From NCBI RefSeq assembly GCF_009914755.1, contig NC_060925.1: a stretch of 64,000 nucleotides of DNA. One strand, given 5' to 3'. Shown piece by piece: positions 44,303 to 60,474 of this stretch (position 1 is the stretch's first letter; every line of letters begins with the position of its first letter). This stretch comes from the human T2T-CHM13v2.0 reference genome, Homo sapiens. A program made the position numbers and the translations under genes. The notes below the pieces were generated by a model, which was not told where the DNA came from, ran no database searches, and was given only the letters and a program-made list of their open reading frames with translations.

Positions 44303-44917
44303 ATGGAATCGTCATCGAATGAATTGAATGCAATCATCGAATGGTCTCGAATGTAATCACATTCTAATGGAAAGGAATGGAATCATCGCATAGAATCGAA
44401 TGGAATTAACATTGAATGGACTCGAATGGAATCAACATCAAACGGAATCAAGCGGAATTATCGAATGGAATCGAAGAGAATCATCGAATGGTCTCGAATG
44501 GAATCATCTTCTAATGGAAAGGAATGGAATCATCGCATAGAATCGAATGGAATTAACACTGAATGGACTCGAATGGAATCAACATCAAATGGAATCAAGC
44601 GGAATTATCGAATGAAATCGAAGAGAATCATCGAATGGACTCGAATGGAATCATCTAATGGAATGGAATGGAATAATCCACGGACTCGAATGCAATCATC
44701 ATCCTATAGAATCAAATGGAATCATCGAAAGGACTCGAATGGAATAACCATTGAACGGAATCGAATGGAATCATCATCGGATGGAAACGAATGGAATCAT
44801 CATCGAATGGAAATGAAATGAGTCATCATCTAATGGAATTGCATGGAATCATCATAAAATGGAATCGAATGGAATCATCATCAAATGGAATCAAATGGAA
44901 TCATTGAACGGAATTCA
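44303..44917 (+). repeat. 615-bp composite C2/C1 module, second copy
   Basis: Two GGAATCAAGCGG motifs 147 bp apart, with the same allele order as the 41470 copy. Confidence 0.88.
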
Positions 44918-47900
44918 ATGGAATCGTCATCGAATGAATTGAATGCAATCATCGAATGGTCTCGAATGGAATCATCTTCAAATGGAATGGAATGGAATCA
45001 TCGCATAGAATCGAATGGAATTATCATCGAATGGAATCGAATGGTATCAACATCAAACGGAAAAAAACGGAATTATCGAATGGAATCAAAGAGAATCTTC
45101 GAACGGACCCGAATGGAATCATCTAATGGAATGGAATGGAATAATCCATGGACTCGAATGGAATCATCATCGAATGGAATCGAATGGAATCATTGAAAGG
45201 ACTCGAATGGAATAATCATTGAACGGAATCGAATGGAATCATCATCGGATGGAAATGAATGGAATCATCATCGAATGGAATCGAATAGAATTATGGAATG
45301 AAATCCAGTGTGATCATCATCGAATGGACCCGAATGGAATCATCATCCAACGGAAGCTAATGGAATCAACATCGAATGAATCGAATGGAAACACCATCGA
45401 ATTGAAACGAATGGAATTATCATGAAATTGAAATGGATGGACTCATCATCGAATGGATTCGAAAGGAATCATCGAATAAAATTGATTGAAATCATCATCG
45501 AATGGAATCGAATGGTATCATTGAATGGAATCGAATGGAATCATCATCAGATGGAAATGAATGGAATCGTCATAGAATGGAATCGAATGGATTCATTGAA
45601 TGGAATCAGATGGAATCATCGAATGGACTGGAATGGAATCATTGAATGGACTCGAAAGAGATCATGATTGAATGGAATTGAATGGAATCATCGAATGGTC
45701 TCGATTGGAATCATTATCAAATGGAATCGAATGGAATCACCGAATAGAATCGAATGGAACAATCATCGAATGGACTCAAATGGAATTATCCTCAAATGGA
45801 ATCGAATGGAATTATCGAATGCAATCGAATGGAATTATCGAATGCAATCGAATAGAATCATCGAATGGACTCGAATGGAATCATCGAATGGAATGGAATG
45901 GAACAGTCAATGAACTCGAATGGAATCATCATTGAATGGAATCGAATGGAATCATCGAGTGGAATCGAATGGAATTATAATCAAATGGAATCGAATATAA
46001 TCATCATCAAATGGAATCAAAAATAACCATCATCAATTGGTATTGAATGGAATTTTCATCAAATGGAATTCAAAGGAAACATCATCTAATGGAACCGAAT
46101 GGAATCCTCATTGAATGGAAATGAAAGGGGTCATCATCTAATGGAATCGCATGGAATCATCATCAAATGGAATCGAATGGAATCATCATCAAATGGAATC
46201 TAATGGAATCATTGAACAGAATTGAATGGAATCGTCATCGAATGAATTGAATGCAATCATCGAATGGTCTCGAATGGAATCATCTTCTAATGGAAAGGAA
46301 TGGAATCATCGCATAGAATCGAATGGAATTATCATCGAATGGAATCGAATGGTATCAACACCAAACGGAAAAAAACGGAATTATCGAATGGAATCGAAGA
46401 GAATCTTCGAACGGACCCGAATGGAATCATCTAATGGAATGGAATGGAATAATCCATGGACCCGAATGCAATCATCATCGAATGGAATCGAATGGAATCA
46501 TCGAATGGACTCGAATGGAATAATCATTGAACGGAATCGAATGGAATCATCATCGGATGGAAACGAATGGAATCATCATCGAATGGAAATGAAAGGAGTC
46601 ATCATCTAATGGAATTGCATGGAATCATCATAAAATGGAATCGAATGGAATCAACATCAAATGGAATCAAATGGAATCATTGAACGGAATTGAATGGAAT
46701 CGTCATCGAATGAATTGACTACAATCACCGAATGGTCTCGAATGGAATCATCTTCAAATGGAATGGAATGGAATCATCGCATAGAATCGAATGGAATTAT
46801 CATCGAATGGAATCGAATGGAATCAACATCAAACGGAAAAAAACAGAATTATCGTATGGAATCGAAGAGAATCATCGAATGGACCCGAATGGAATCATCT
46901 AATGGAATGGAATGGAATAATCCATGGACTCGAATGCAATCATCATCGAATGGAATCGAATGGAATCATCGAATGGACTCGAATGGAATAATCATTGAAC
47001 GGAATCGAATGGAATCATCATCGGATGGAAATGAATGGAATCATCATCGAATGGAATCGAATAGAATTATGGAATGAAATCCAGTGTGATCATCATCGAA
47101 TGGACCCGAATGGAATCATCATCCAACGGAAGCTAATGGAATCAACATCGAATGAATCAAATGGAAACACCATCGAATTGAACCGAATGGAATTATCATG
47201 AAATTGAAATGGATGGACTCATCATCGAATGGATTCGAATGGAATCATCGAATAAAATTGATTGAAATCATCATCGAATGGAATCGAATGGTATCATTGA
47301 ATGGAATCGAATGGAATCATCATCAGATGGAAATGAATGGAATCGTCATAGAATGGAATCGAATGGATTCATTGAATGGAATCAGATGGAATCATCGAAT
47401 GGACTGGAATGGAATCATTGAATGGACTCGAAAGGGATCATTATTGAATGGAATTGAATGGAATCATCGAATGGTCTCGATTGGAATCATTATCAAATGG
47501 AATCGAATGGAATCACCGAATAGAATCGAATGGAACAATCATCGAATGGACTCAAATGGAATTATCCTCAAATGGAATGGAATGGAATTATCGAATGCAA
47601 TCGAATGGAATTATCGAATGCAATCGAATAGAATCATCGAATGGACTCGAATGGAATCATCGAATGGAATGGAATGGAACAGTCAATGAACTCGAATGGA
47701 ATCATCATTGAATGGAATCGAATGGAATCATCGAGTGGAATCGAATGGAATTATGATCAAATGGAATCGAATGTAATCATCATCAAATGGAATCAAAAAT
47801 AACCATCATCAATTGGTATTGAATGGAATTGTCATCAAATGGAATTCAAAGGAATCATCATCAAATGGAACCGAATGGAATCCTCATTGAATGGAAATGA

Positions 47901-50900
47901 AAGGGGTCATCATCTAATGGAATCGCATGGAATCATCATCAAATGGAATCGAATGGAATCATCATCAAATGGAATCTAATGGAATCATTGAACAGAATTG
48001 AATGGAATGGTCATCGAATGAATTGAATGCAATCATCGAATGGTCTCGAATGGAATCATCTTCTAATGGAAAGGAATGGAATCATCGCATAGAATCGATT
48101 GGAATTATCATCGAATGGAATCGAATGGTATCAACACCAAACGGAAAAAAACGGAATTATCGAATGGAATCGAAGAGAATCTTCGAACGGACCCGAATGG
48201 AATCATCTAATGGAATGGAATGGAATAATCCATGGACTCGAATGCAATCATCATCGAATGGAATCGAATGGAATCATCGAATGGACTCGAATGGAATAAT
48301 CATTGAACGGAATCGAATGGAATCATCATCGGATGGAAACGAATGGAATCATCATCGAATGGAAATGAAAGGAGTCATCATCTAATGGAATTGCATGGAA
48401 TCATCATCAAATGGAATCGAATGGAATCAACATCAAATGGAATCAAATGGAATCATTGAACGGAATTGAATGGAATCGTCATCGAATGAATTGACTGCAA
48501 TCATCGAATGGTCTCGGAATCATCTTCAAATGGAATGGAATGGAATCATCGCATAGAATCGAATGGAATTATCATCGAATGGAATCGAATGGAATCAACA
48601 TCAAACGGAAAAAAACGGAATTATCGAATGGAATCGAAGAGAATCATCGAATGGACCCGAATGGAATCATCTAATGGAATGGAATGGAATAATCCATGGA
48701 CTCGAATGCAATCATCATCGAATGGAATCGAATGGAATCATCGAATGGACTCGAATGGAATAATCATTGAACGGAATCGAATGGAATCATCATCGGATGG
48801 AAATGAATGGAATCATCATCGAATGGAATCGAATAGAATTATGGAATGAAATCCAGTGTGATCATCATCGAATGGACCCGAATGGAATCATCATCCAACG
48901 GAAGCTAATGGAATCAACATCGAATGAATCGAATGGAAACACCATCGAATTGAAACGAATGGAATTATCATGAAATTGAAATGGATGGACTCATCATCGA
49001 ATGGATTCGAATGGAATCATCGAATAAAATTGATTGAAATCATCATCGAATGGAATCGAATGGTATCATTGAATGGAATCGAATGGAATCATCATCAGAT
49101 GGAAATGAATGGAATCGTCATAGAATGGAATCGAATGGATTCATTGAATGGAATCAGATGGAATCATCGAATGGACTGGAATGGAATCATTGAATGGACT
49201 CGAAAGGGATCATTATTGAATGGAATTGAATGGAATCATCGAATGGTCTCGATTGGAATCATTATCAAATGGAATCGAATGGAATCACCGAATAGAATCG
49301 AATGGAACAATCATCGAATGGACTCAAATGGAATTATCCTCAAATGGAATGGAATGGAATTATCGAATGCAATCGAATGGAATTATCGAATGCAATCGAA
49401 TAGAATCATCGAATGGACTCGAATGGAATCATCGAATGGAATGGAATGGAACAGTCAATGAACTCGAATGGAATCATCATTGAATGGAATCGAATGGAAT
49501 CATCGAGTGGAATCGAATGGAATTATGATCAAATGGAATCGAATGTAATCATCATCAAATGGAATCAAAAATAACCATCATCAATTGGTATTGAATGGAA
49601 TTGTCATCAAATGGAATTCAAAGGAATCATCATCAAATGGAACCGAATGGAATCCTCATTGAATGGAAATGAAAGGGGTCATCATCTAATGGAATCGCAT
49701 GGAATCATCATCAAATGGAATCGAATGGAATCATCATCAAATGGAATCTAATGGAATCATTGAACAGAATTGAATGGAATCGTCATCAAATTATTTGAAT
49801 GCAATCATCGAATGGTCTCGAATGGAATCATCTTCTAATGGAAAGGAATGGAATCATCGCATAGAATCGAATGGAATTATCATCGAATGGAATCGAATGG
49901 TATCAACACCAAACGGAAAAAAACGGAATTATCGAATGGAATCGAAGAGAATCTTCGAACGGACCCGAATGGAATCATCTAATGGAATGGAATGGAATAA
50001 TCCATGGACTCGAATGCAATCATCATCGAATGGAATCGAATGGAATCATCGAATGGACTCGAATGGAATAATCATTGAACGGAATCGAATGGAATCATCA
50101 TCGGATGGAAACGAATGGAATCATCATCGAATGGAAATGAAAGGAGTCATCATCTAATGCAATTGCATGGAATCATCATCAAATGGAATCGAATGGAATC
50201 AACATCAAATGGAATCAAATGGAATCATTGAACGGAATTGAATGGAATCGTCATCGAATGAATTGACTGCAATCATCCAATGGTCTCGAATGGAATCATC
50301 TTCAAATGGTATGGAATGGAATCATCGCATAGAATCGAATGGAATTATCATCGAATGGAATCGAATGGAATCAACATCAAACGGAAAAAAACGGAATTAT
50401 CGAATGGAATCGAAGAGAATCATCGAATGGACCCGAATGGAATCATCTAATGGAATGGAATGGAATAATCCATGGACTCGAATGCAATCATCATCGAATG
50501 GAATCGAATGGAATCATCGAGTGGACTCGAATGGAATAATCATTGAACGGAATCGAATGGAATCATCATCGGATGGAAATGAATGGAATCATCATCGAAT
50601 GGAATCGAATAGAATTATGGAATGAAATCCAGTGTGATCATCATCGAATGGACCCGAATGGAATCATCATCCAACGGAAGCTAATGGAATCAACATCGAA
50701 TGAATCAAATGGAAACACCATCGAATTGAAACGAATGGAATTATCATGAAATTGAAATGGATGGACTCATCATCGAATGGATTCGAATGGAATCATCGAA
50801 TAAAATTGATTGAAATCATCATCGAATGGAATCGAATGGTATCATTGAATGGAATCGAATGGAATCATCATCAGATGGAAATGAATGGAATCGTCATAGA

Positions 50901-53900
50901 ATGGAATCGAATGGATTCATTGAATGGAATCAGATGGAATCATCGAATGGACTGGAATGGAATCATTGAATGGACTCGAAAGGGATCATTATTGAATGGA
51001 ATTGAATGGAATCATCGAATGGTCTCGATTGGAATCATTATCAAATGGAATCGAATGGAATCACCGAATAGAATCGAATGGAACAATCATCGAATGGACT
51101 CAAATGGAATTATCCTCCAATGGAATGGAATGGAATTATCGAATGCAATCGAATGGAATTATCGAATGCAATCGAATAGAATCATCGAATGGACTCGAAT
51201 GGAATCATCGAATGGAATGGAATGGAACAGTCAATGAACTCGAATGGAATCATCATTGAATGGAATCGAATGGAATCATCGAGTGGAATCGAATGGAATT
51301 ATGATCAAATGGAATCGAATGTAATCATCATCAAATGGAATCAAAAATAACCATCATCAATTGGTATTGAATGGAATTGTCATCAAATGGAACTCAAAGG
51401 AATCATCATCAAATGGAACCGAATGGAATCCTCATTGAATGGAAATGAAAGGGGTCATCATCTAATGGAATCGCATGGAATCATCATCAAATGGAATCGA
51501 ATGGAATCACCATCAAATGGAATCTAATGGAATCATTGAACAGAATTGAATGGAATCGTCATCGAATGAATTGAATGCAATCATCGAATGGTCTCGAATG
51601 GATTCATCTTCTAATGGAAAGGAATGGAATCATCGCATAGAATCGAATGGAATTATCATCGAATGGAATCGAATGGTATCAACACCAAACGGAAAAAAAC
51701 GGAATTATCGAATGGAATCGAAGAGAATCTTCGAACGGACCCGAATGGAATCATCTAATGGAATGGAATGGAATAATCCATGGACTCGAATGCAATCATC
51801 ATCGAATGGAATCGAATGGAATCATCGAATGGACTCGAATGGAATAATCATTGAACGGAATCGATTGGAATCATCATCGGATGGAAACGAATGGAATCAT
51901 CATCGAATGGAAATGAAAGGAGTCATCATCTAATGGAATTGCATGGAATCATCATAAAATGGAATCGAATGGAATCAACATCAAATGGAATCAAATGGAA
52001 TCATTGAACGGAATTGAATGGAATCGTCATCGAATGAATTGACTGCAATCATCCAATGGTCTCGAATGGAATCATCTTCAAATGGAATGGAATGGAATCA
52101 TCGCATAGAATCGAATGGAATTATCATCGAATGGAATCGAAGGGAATCAACATCCAACGGAAAAAAACGGAATTATCGAATGGAATCGAAGAGAATCATC
52201 GAATGGACCCGAATGGAATCATGTAATGGAATGGAATGGAATAATCCATGGACTCGAATGCAATCATCATCGAATGGAATCGAATGGAATCATCGAATGG
52301 ACTCGAATGGAATAATCATTGAACGGAATCGAATGGAATCATCATCGGATGGAAATGAATGGAATCATCATCGAATGGAATCGAATAGAATTATGGAATG
52401 AAATCCAGTGTGATCATCATCGAATGGACCCGAATGGAATCATCATCCAACGGAAGCTAATGGAATCAACATCGAATGAATCAAATGGAAACACCATCGA
52501 ATTGAAACGAATGGAATTATCATGAAATTGAAATGGATGGACTCATCATCGAATGGATTCGAATGGAATCATCGAATAAAATTGATTGAAATCATCATCG
52601 AATGGAATCGAATGGTATCATTGAATGGAATCGAATGGAATCATCATCAGATGGAAATGAATGGAATCGTCATAGAATGGAATCGAATGGATTCATTGAA
52701 TGGAATCAGATGGAATCATCGAATGGACTGGAATGGAATCATTGAATGGACTCGATAGGGATCATTATTGAATGGAATTGAATGGAATCATCGAATGGTC
52801 TCGATTGGAATCATTATCAAATGGAATCGAATGGAATCACCGAATAGAATCGAATGGAACAATCATCGAATGGAATTATCGAATGCAATCGAATGGAATT
52901 ATCGAATGCAATCGAATAGAATCATCGAATGGACTCGAATGGAATCATCGAATGGAATGGAATGGAACAGTCAATGAACTCGAATGGAATCATCATTGAA
53001 TGGAATCGAATGGAATCATCGAGTGGAATCGAATGGAATTATGATCAAATGGAATCGAATGTAATCATCATCAAATGGAATCAAAAATAACCATCATCAA
53101 TTGGTATTGAATGGAATTGTCATCAAATGGAATTCAAAGGAATCATCATCAAATGGAACCGAATGGAATCCTCATTGAATGGAAATGAAAGGGGTCATCA
53201 TCTAATGGAATCGCATGGAATCATCATAAAATGGAATCGAATGGAATCAACATCAAATGGAATCAAATGGAATCATTGAACGGAATTGAATGGAATCGTC
53301 ATCGAATGAATTGGATGCAATCATCGAATGGTCTCGAATGGAATCTTCTTCAAATGGAATGGAATGGAATCATCGCATAGAATCGAATGGAATTATCATT
53401 GAATGGAATCGAATGGAATCAACATCAAACGGAAAAAAACGGAATTATCGAATGGAATCGAAGAGAATCATCGAATGGACCCGAATGGAATCATCTAATG
53501 GAATGGAATGGAATAATCCATGGACTCGAATGCAATCATCATCGAATGGAATCGAATGGAATCATCGAATGAACTCGAATGGAATCATCATTGAATGGAA
53601 TCGAATGGAATCATCGAGTGGAATCGAATGGAATTATGATCAAATGGAATCGAATGTAATCATCATCAAATGGAATCAAAAATAACCATCATCAATTGGT
53701 ATTCAATGGAATTGTCATCAAATGGAATTCAAAGGAATCATCATCAAATGGAACCGAATGGAATCCTCATTGAATGGAAATGAAAGGGGTCATCATCTAA
53801 TGGAATCACATGGAATCATCATCAAATGGAATCGAATGGAATCTTCATCAAATGGAATCTAATGGAATCATTGAACAGAATTGAATGGAATCGTCATCGA

Positions 53901-55637
53901 ATGAATTGAATGCAATCATCGAATGGTCTCGAATGGAATCATCTTCTAATGGAAAGGAATGGAAACATCGCATAGAATCGAATGGAATTATCATCGAATG
54001 GAATCGAATGGTATCAACACCAAACGGAAAAAAACGGAATTATCGAAAGGAATCGAAGAGAATCTTCGAACGGACCCGAATGGAATCATCTAATGGAATG
54101 GAATGGAATAATCCATGGACTCGAATGCAATCATCATCGAATGGAATCGAATGGAATCATCGAATGGACTCGAATGGAATAATCATTGAACGGAATCGAA
54201 TGGAATCATCATCGGATGGAAATGAATGGAATCATCATCGAATGGAATCGAATAGAATTATGGAATGAAATCCAGTGTGATCATCATCGAATGGACCCGA
54301 ATGGAATCATCATCCAACAGAAGCTAATGGAATCAACATCGAATGAATCGAATGGAAACACCATCGAATTCAAACGAATGGAATTACCATGAAATTGAAA
54401 TGGATGGACTCATCATCGAATGGATTCGGATGGAATCATCGAATAAAATTGATTGAAATCATCATCGAATGAAATCGAATGGTATCATTGAATGGAATCG
54501 AATGGAATCATCATCAGATGGAAATGAATGGAATCGTCATAGAATGGAATCGAATGGATTCATTGAATGGAATCAGATGGAATCATCGAATGGACTGGAA
54601 TGGAATCATTGAATGGACTCGAAAGGGATCATGATTGAATGGAATTGAATGGAATCATCGAATGGTCTCGATTGGAATCATTATTAAATGGAATCGAATG
54701 GAATCACCGAATAGAATCGAATGGAACAATCATCGAATGGACTCAAATGGAATTATCCTTAAATGGAATCGAATGGAATTATCGAATGCAATCGAATAGA
54801 ATCATCGAATGGACTCGAATGGAATCATCGAATGGAATGGAATGGAACAGTCAATGAACTCGAATGGTATCATCATTGAATGGAATCGAATGGAATCATC
54901 GAGTGGAATCGAATGGAATTATGATCAAATGGAATCGAATCTAATCATCATCAAATGGAATCAAAAATAACCATCATCAATTGGTATTGAATGGAATTGT
55001 CATCAAATGGAATTCAAAGGAATCATCATCAAATGGAACCGAATGGAATCCTCATTGAATGGAAATGAAAGGGGTCATCATCTAATGGAATCGCATGGAA
55101 TCATCATCAAATGGAATCGAATGGAATCATCATCAAATGGAATCTAATGGAATCATTGAACAGAATTGAATGGAATCGTCATCGAATGAATTGAATGCAA
55201 TCATCGAATGGTCTCGAATGGAATCATCTTCTAATGGAAAGGAATGGAATCATCGCTTAGAATCGAATGGAATTATCATCGAATGGAATCGAATGGTATC
55301 AACACCAAACGGAAAAAAACGGAATTATCGAATGGAATCGAAGAGAATCTTCGAACGGACCCGAATGGAATCATCTAATGGAATGGAATGGAATAATCCA
55401 TGGACTCGAATGCAATCATCATCGAATGGAATGGAATGGAATCATCGAATGGACTCGAATGGAATAATCATTGAACGGAATCGAATGGAATCATCATCGG
55501 ATGGAAACGAATGGAATCATCATCGAATGGAAATGAAAGGAGTCATCATCTAATGGAATTGCATGGAATCATCATAAAATGGAATCGAATGGAATCAACA
55601 TCAAATGGAATCAAATGGAATCATTGAACGGAATTGA

Positions 55638-56252
55638 ATGGAATCGTCATCGAATGAATTGACTGCAATCATCGAATGGTCTCGAATGTAATCACATTCT
55701 AATGGAAAGGAATGGAATCATCGCATAGAATCGAATGGAATTAACATTGAATGGACTCGAATGGAATCAACATCAAACGGAATCAAGCGGAATTATCGAA
55801 TGGAATCGAAGAGAATCATCGAATGGTCTCGAATGGAATCATCTTCTAATGGAAAGGAATGGAATCATCGCATAGAATCGAATGGAATTAACATTGAATG
55901 GACTCGAATGGAATCAACATCAAATGGAATCAAGCGGAATTATCGAATGAAATCGAAGAGAATCATCGAATGGACTCGAATGGAATCATCTAATGGAATG
56001 GAATGGAATAATCCACGGACTCGAATGCAATCATCATCGTATAGAATCGAATGGAATCATCGAATGGACTCGAATGGAATAATCATTGAACGGAAGCGAA
56101 TGGAATCATCATCGGATGGAAACGAATGGAATCATCATCGAATGGAAATGAAAGGAGTCATCATCTAATGGAATTGCATGGAATCATCATAAAATGGAAT
56201 CGAATGGAATCAAAATCAAATGGAATCAAATGGAATCATTGAACGGAATTGA
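55638..56252 (+). repeat. 615-bp composite C2/C1 module, third copy
   Basis: Same double GGAATCAAGCGG structure; the next module starts at 56253 (+615). Confidence 0.88.
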
Positions 56253-59200
56253 ATGGAATCGTCATCGAATGAATTGACTGCAATCATCGAATGGTCTCGA
56301 ATGGAATCATCTTCAAATGGAATGGAATGGAATCATCGCATAGAATCGAATGGAATTATCATCGAATGGAATCGAATGGAATCAACATCAAACGGAAAAA
56401 AACGGAATTATCGAATGGAATCGAAGAGAATCATCGAATGGACCCGAATGGAATCATCTAATGGAATGGAATGGAATAATCCATGGACTCGAATGCAATC
56501 ATCATCGAATGGAATCGAATGGAATCATCGAATGGACTCGAATGGAATAATCATTGAACGGAATCGAATGGAATCATCATCGGATGGAAATGAATGGAAT
56601 CATCATCGAATGGAATCGAATAGAATTATGGAATGAAATCCAGTGTGATCATCATCGAATGGACCCGAATGGAATCATCATCCAACGGAAGCTAATGGAA
56701 TCAACATCGAATGAATCGAATGGAAACACCATCGAATTGAAACGAATGGAATTATCATGAAATTGAAATGGATGGACTCATCATCGGATGGATTCGAATG
56801 GAATCATCGAATAAAATTGATTGAAATCATCATCCAATGGAATCGAATGGTATCATTGAATGGAATCGAATGGAATCATCATCAGATGGAAATGAATGGA
56901 ATCGTCATAGAATGGAATCGAATGGATTCATTGAATGGAATCAGATGGAATCATCGAATGGACTGGAATGGAATCATTGAATGGACTCGAAAGGGATCAT
57001 GATTGAATGGAATTGAATGGAATCATCGAATGGTCTCGATTGGAATCATTATCAAATGGAATCGAATGGAATCACCGAATAGAATCGAATGGAACAATCA
57101 TCGAATGGACTCAAATGGAATTATCCTCAAATGGAATCGAATGGAATTATCGAATGCAATCGAATGGAATTATCGAATGCAATCGAATAGAATCATCGAA
57201 TGGACTCGAATGGAATCATCGAATGGAATGGAATGGAACAGTCAATGAACTCGAATGGAATCATCATTGAATGGAATCGAATGGAATCATCGAGTGGAAT
57301 CGAATGGAATTATGATCAAATGCAATCGAATGTAATCCTCATCAAATGGAATCAAAAATAACCATCATCAATTGGTATTGAATGGAATTGTCATCAAATG
57401 GAATTCAAAGGAATCATCATCAAATGGAACCGAATGGAATTCTCATTGAATGGAAATGAAAGGGGTCATCATCTAATGGAATCGCATGGAATCATCATCA
57501 AATGGAATCGAATGGAATCATCATCAAATGGAATCTAATGGAATCATTGAACAGAATTGAATGGAATCGTCATCGAATGAATTGAATGCAATCATCGAAT
57601 GGTCTCGAATGGAATCATCTTCTAATGGAAAGGAATGGAATCATCGCATAGAATCGAATGGAATTATCATCGAATGGAATCGAATGGTATCAACACCAAA
57701 CGGAAAAAAACGGAATTATCAAATGGAATCGAAGAGAATCTTCGAACGGACCCGAATGGAATCATCTAATGGAATGGAATGGAATAATCCATGGACTCGA
57801 ATGCAATCATCATCGAATGGAATCGAATGGAATCATCGAATGGACTCGAATGGAATAATCATTGAACGGAATCGAATGGAATCATCATCGGATGGAAACG
57901 AATGGAATCATCATCGAATGGAAATGAAAGGAGTCATCATCTAATGGAATTGCATGGAATCATCATAAAATGGAATCGAATGGAATCAACATCAAATGGA
58001 ATCAAATGGAATCATTGAACGGAATTGAATGGAATCGTCATCGAATGAATTCACTGCAATCATCCAATGGTCTCGAATGTAATCATCTTCAAATGGAATG
58101 GAATGGAATCATCGCATAGAATCGAATGGAATTATCATCGAATGGAATCGAATGGAATCAACATCAAACGGAAAAAAACGGAATTATCGAATGGAATCGA
58201 AGAGAATCATCGAATGGACCCGAATGGAATCATCTAATGGAATGGAATGGAATAATCCATGGACTCGAATGCAATCATCATCGAATGGAATCGAATGGAA
58301 TCATCGAGTGGACTCGAATGGAATAATCATTGAACGGAATCGAATGGAATCATCATCGGATGGAAATGAATGGAATCATCATCGAATGGAATCGAATAGA
58401 ATTATGGAATGAAATCCAGTGTGATCATCATCGAATGGACCCGAATGGAATCATCATCCAACGGAAGCTAATGGAATCAACATCGAATGAATCAAATGGA
58501 AACACCATCGAATTGAAACGAATGGAATTATCATGAAATTGAAATGGATGGACTCATCATCGAATGGATTCGAATGGAATCATCGAATAAAATTGATTGA
58601 AATCATCATCGAATGGAATCGAATGGTATCATTGAATGGAATCGAATGGAATCATCATCAGATGGAAATGAATGGAATCGTCATAGAATGGAATCGAATG
58701 GATTCATTGAATGGAATCAGATGGAATCATCGAATGGACTGGAATGGAATCATTGAATGGACTCGAAAGGGATCATTATTGAATGGAATTGAATGGAATC
58801 ATCGAATGGTCTCGATTGGAATCATTATCAAATGGAATCGAATGGAATCACCGAATAGAATCGAATGGAACAATCATCGAATGGACTCAAATGGAATTAT
58901 CCTCCAATGGAATGGAATGGAATTATCGAATGCAATCGAATGGAATTATCGAATGCAATCGAATAGAATCATCGAATGGACTCGAATGGAATCATCGAAT
59001 GGAATGGAATGGAACAGTCAATGAACTCGAATGGAATCATCATTGAATGGAATCGAATGGAATCATCGAGTGGAATCGAATGGAATTATGATCAAATGGA
59101 ATCGAATGTAATCATCATCAAATGGAATCAAAAATAACCATCATCAATTGGTATTGAATGGAATTGTCATCAAATGGAATTCAAAGGAATCATCATCAAA

Positions 59201-60474
59201 TGGAACCGAATGGAATCCTCATTGAATGGAAATGAAAGGGGTCATCATCTAATGGAATCGCATGGAATCATCATCAAATGGAATCGAATGAAATCAACAT
59301 CAAATGGAATCAAATGGAATCATTGAACGGAATTGAATGGAATCGTCATCGAATGAATTGGATGCAATCATCGAATGGTCTCGAATGGAATCTTCTTCAA
59401 ATGGAATGGAATGGAATCATCGCATAGAATCGAATGGAATTATCATCGAATGGAATCGAATGGAATCAACATCAAACGGAAAAAAACGGAATTATCGAAT
59501 GGAATCGAAGAGAATCATCGAATGGACCCGAATGGAATCATCTAATGGAATGGAATGGAATAATCCATGGACTCGAATGCAATCATCATCGAATGGAATC
59601 GAATGGAATCATCGAATGGACTCGAATGGAATAATCATTGAACGGAATCGATTGGAATCATCATCGGATGGAAACGAATGGAATCATCATCGAATGGAAA
59701 TGAAAGGAGTCATCATCTAATGGAATTGCATGGAATCATCATAAAATGGAATCGAATGGAATCAACATCAAATGGAATCAAATGGAATCATTGAACGGAA
59801 TTGAATGGAATCGTCATCGAATGAATTGACTGCAATCATCCAATGGTCTCGAATGAAATCATCTTCAAATGGAATGGAATGGAATCATCGCATAGAATCG
59901 AATGGAATTATCATCGAATGGAATCGAATGGAATCAACATCCAACGGAAAAAAACGGAATTATCGAATGGAATCGAAGAGAATCTTCGAACGGACCCGAA
60001 TGGAATCATCTAATGGAATGGAATGGAATAATCCATGGACTCGAATGCAATCATCATCGAATGGAATCGAATGGAATCATCGAATGGACTCGAATGGAAT
60101 AATCATTGAACGGAATCGAATGGAATCATCATCGGATGGAAACGAATGGAATCATCGAATGAACACGAATGGAATCATCATTGAATGGAATCGAATGGAA
60201 TCATCGAGTGGAATCGAATGGAATTATGATCAAATGGAATCGAATGTAATCATCATCAAATGGAATCAAAAATAACCATCATCAATTGGTATTGAATGGA
60301 ATTGTCATCAAATGGAATTCAAAGGAATCATCATCAAATGGAACCGAATGGAATCCTCATTGAATGGAAATGAAAGGGGTCATCATCTAATGGAATCGCA
60401 TGGAATCATCATCAAATGGAATCGAATGGAATCATCATCAAATGGAATCTAATGGAATCATTGAACAGAATTGA

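Larger units (their letters stand above)
18635..46225 (+). repeat. Structurally heterogeneous, more diverged HSat2 sub-domain
   Basis: Successive unit lengths from first-module starts: 1308, 1308, 2218, 1776, 1776, 1750, 1776, 1776, 2218, 2685, 2244, 1308, 692, 2833, 1923. By eye it has more point variants than the flanks. Confidence 0.85.
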
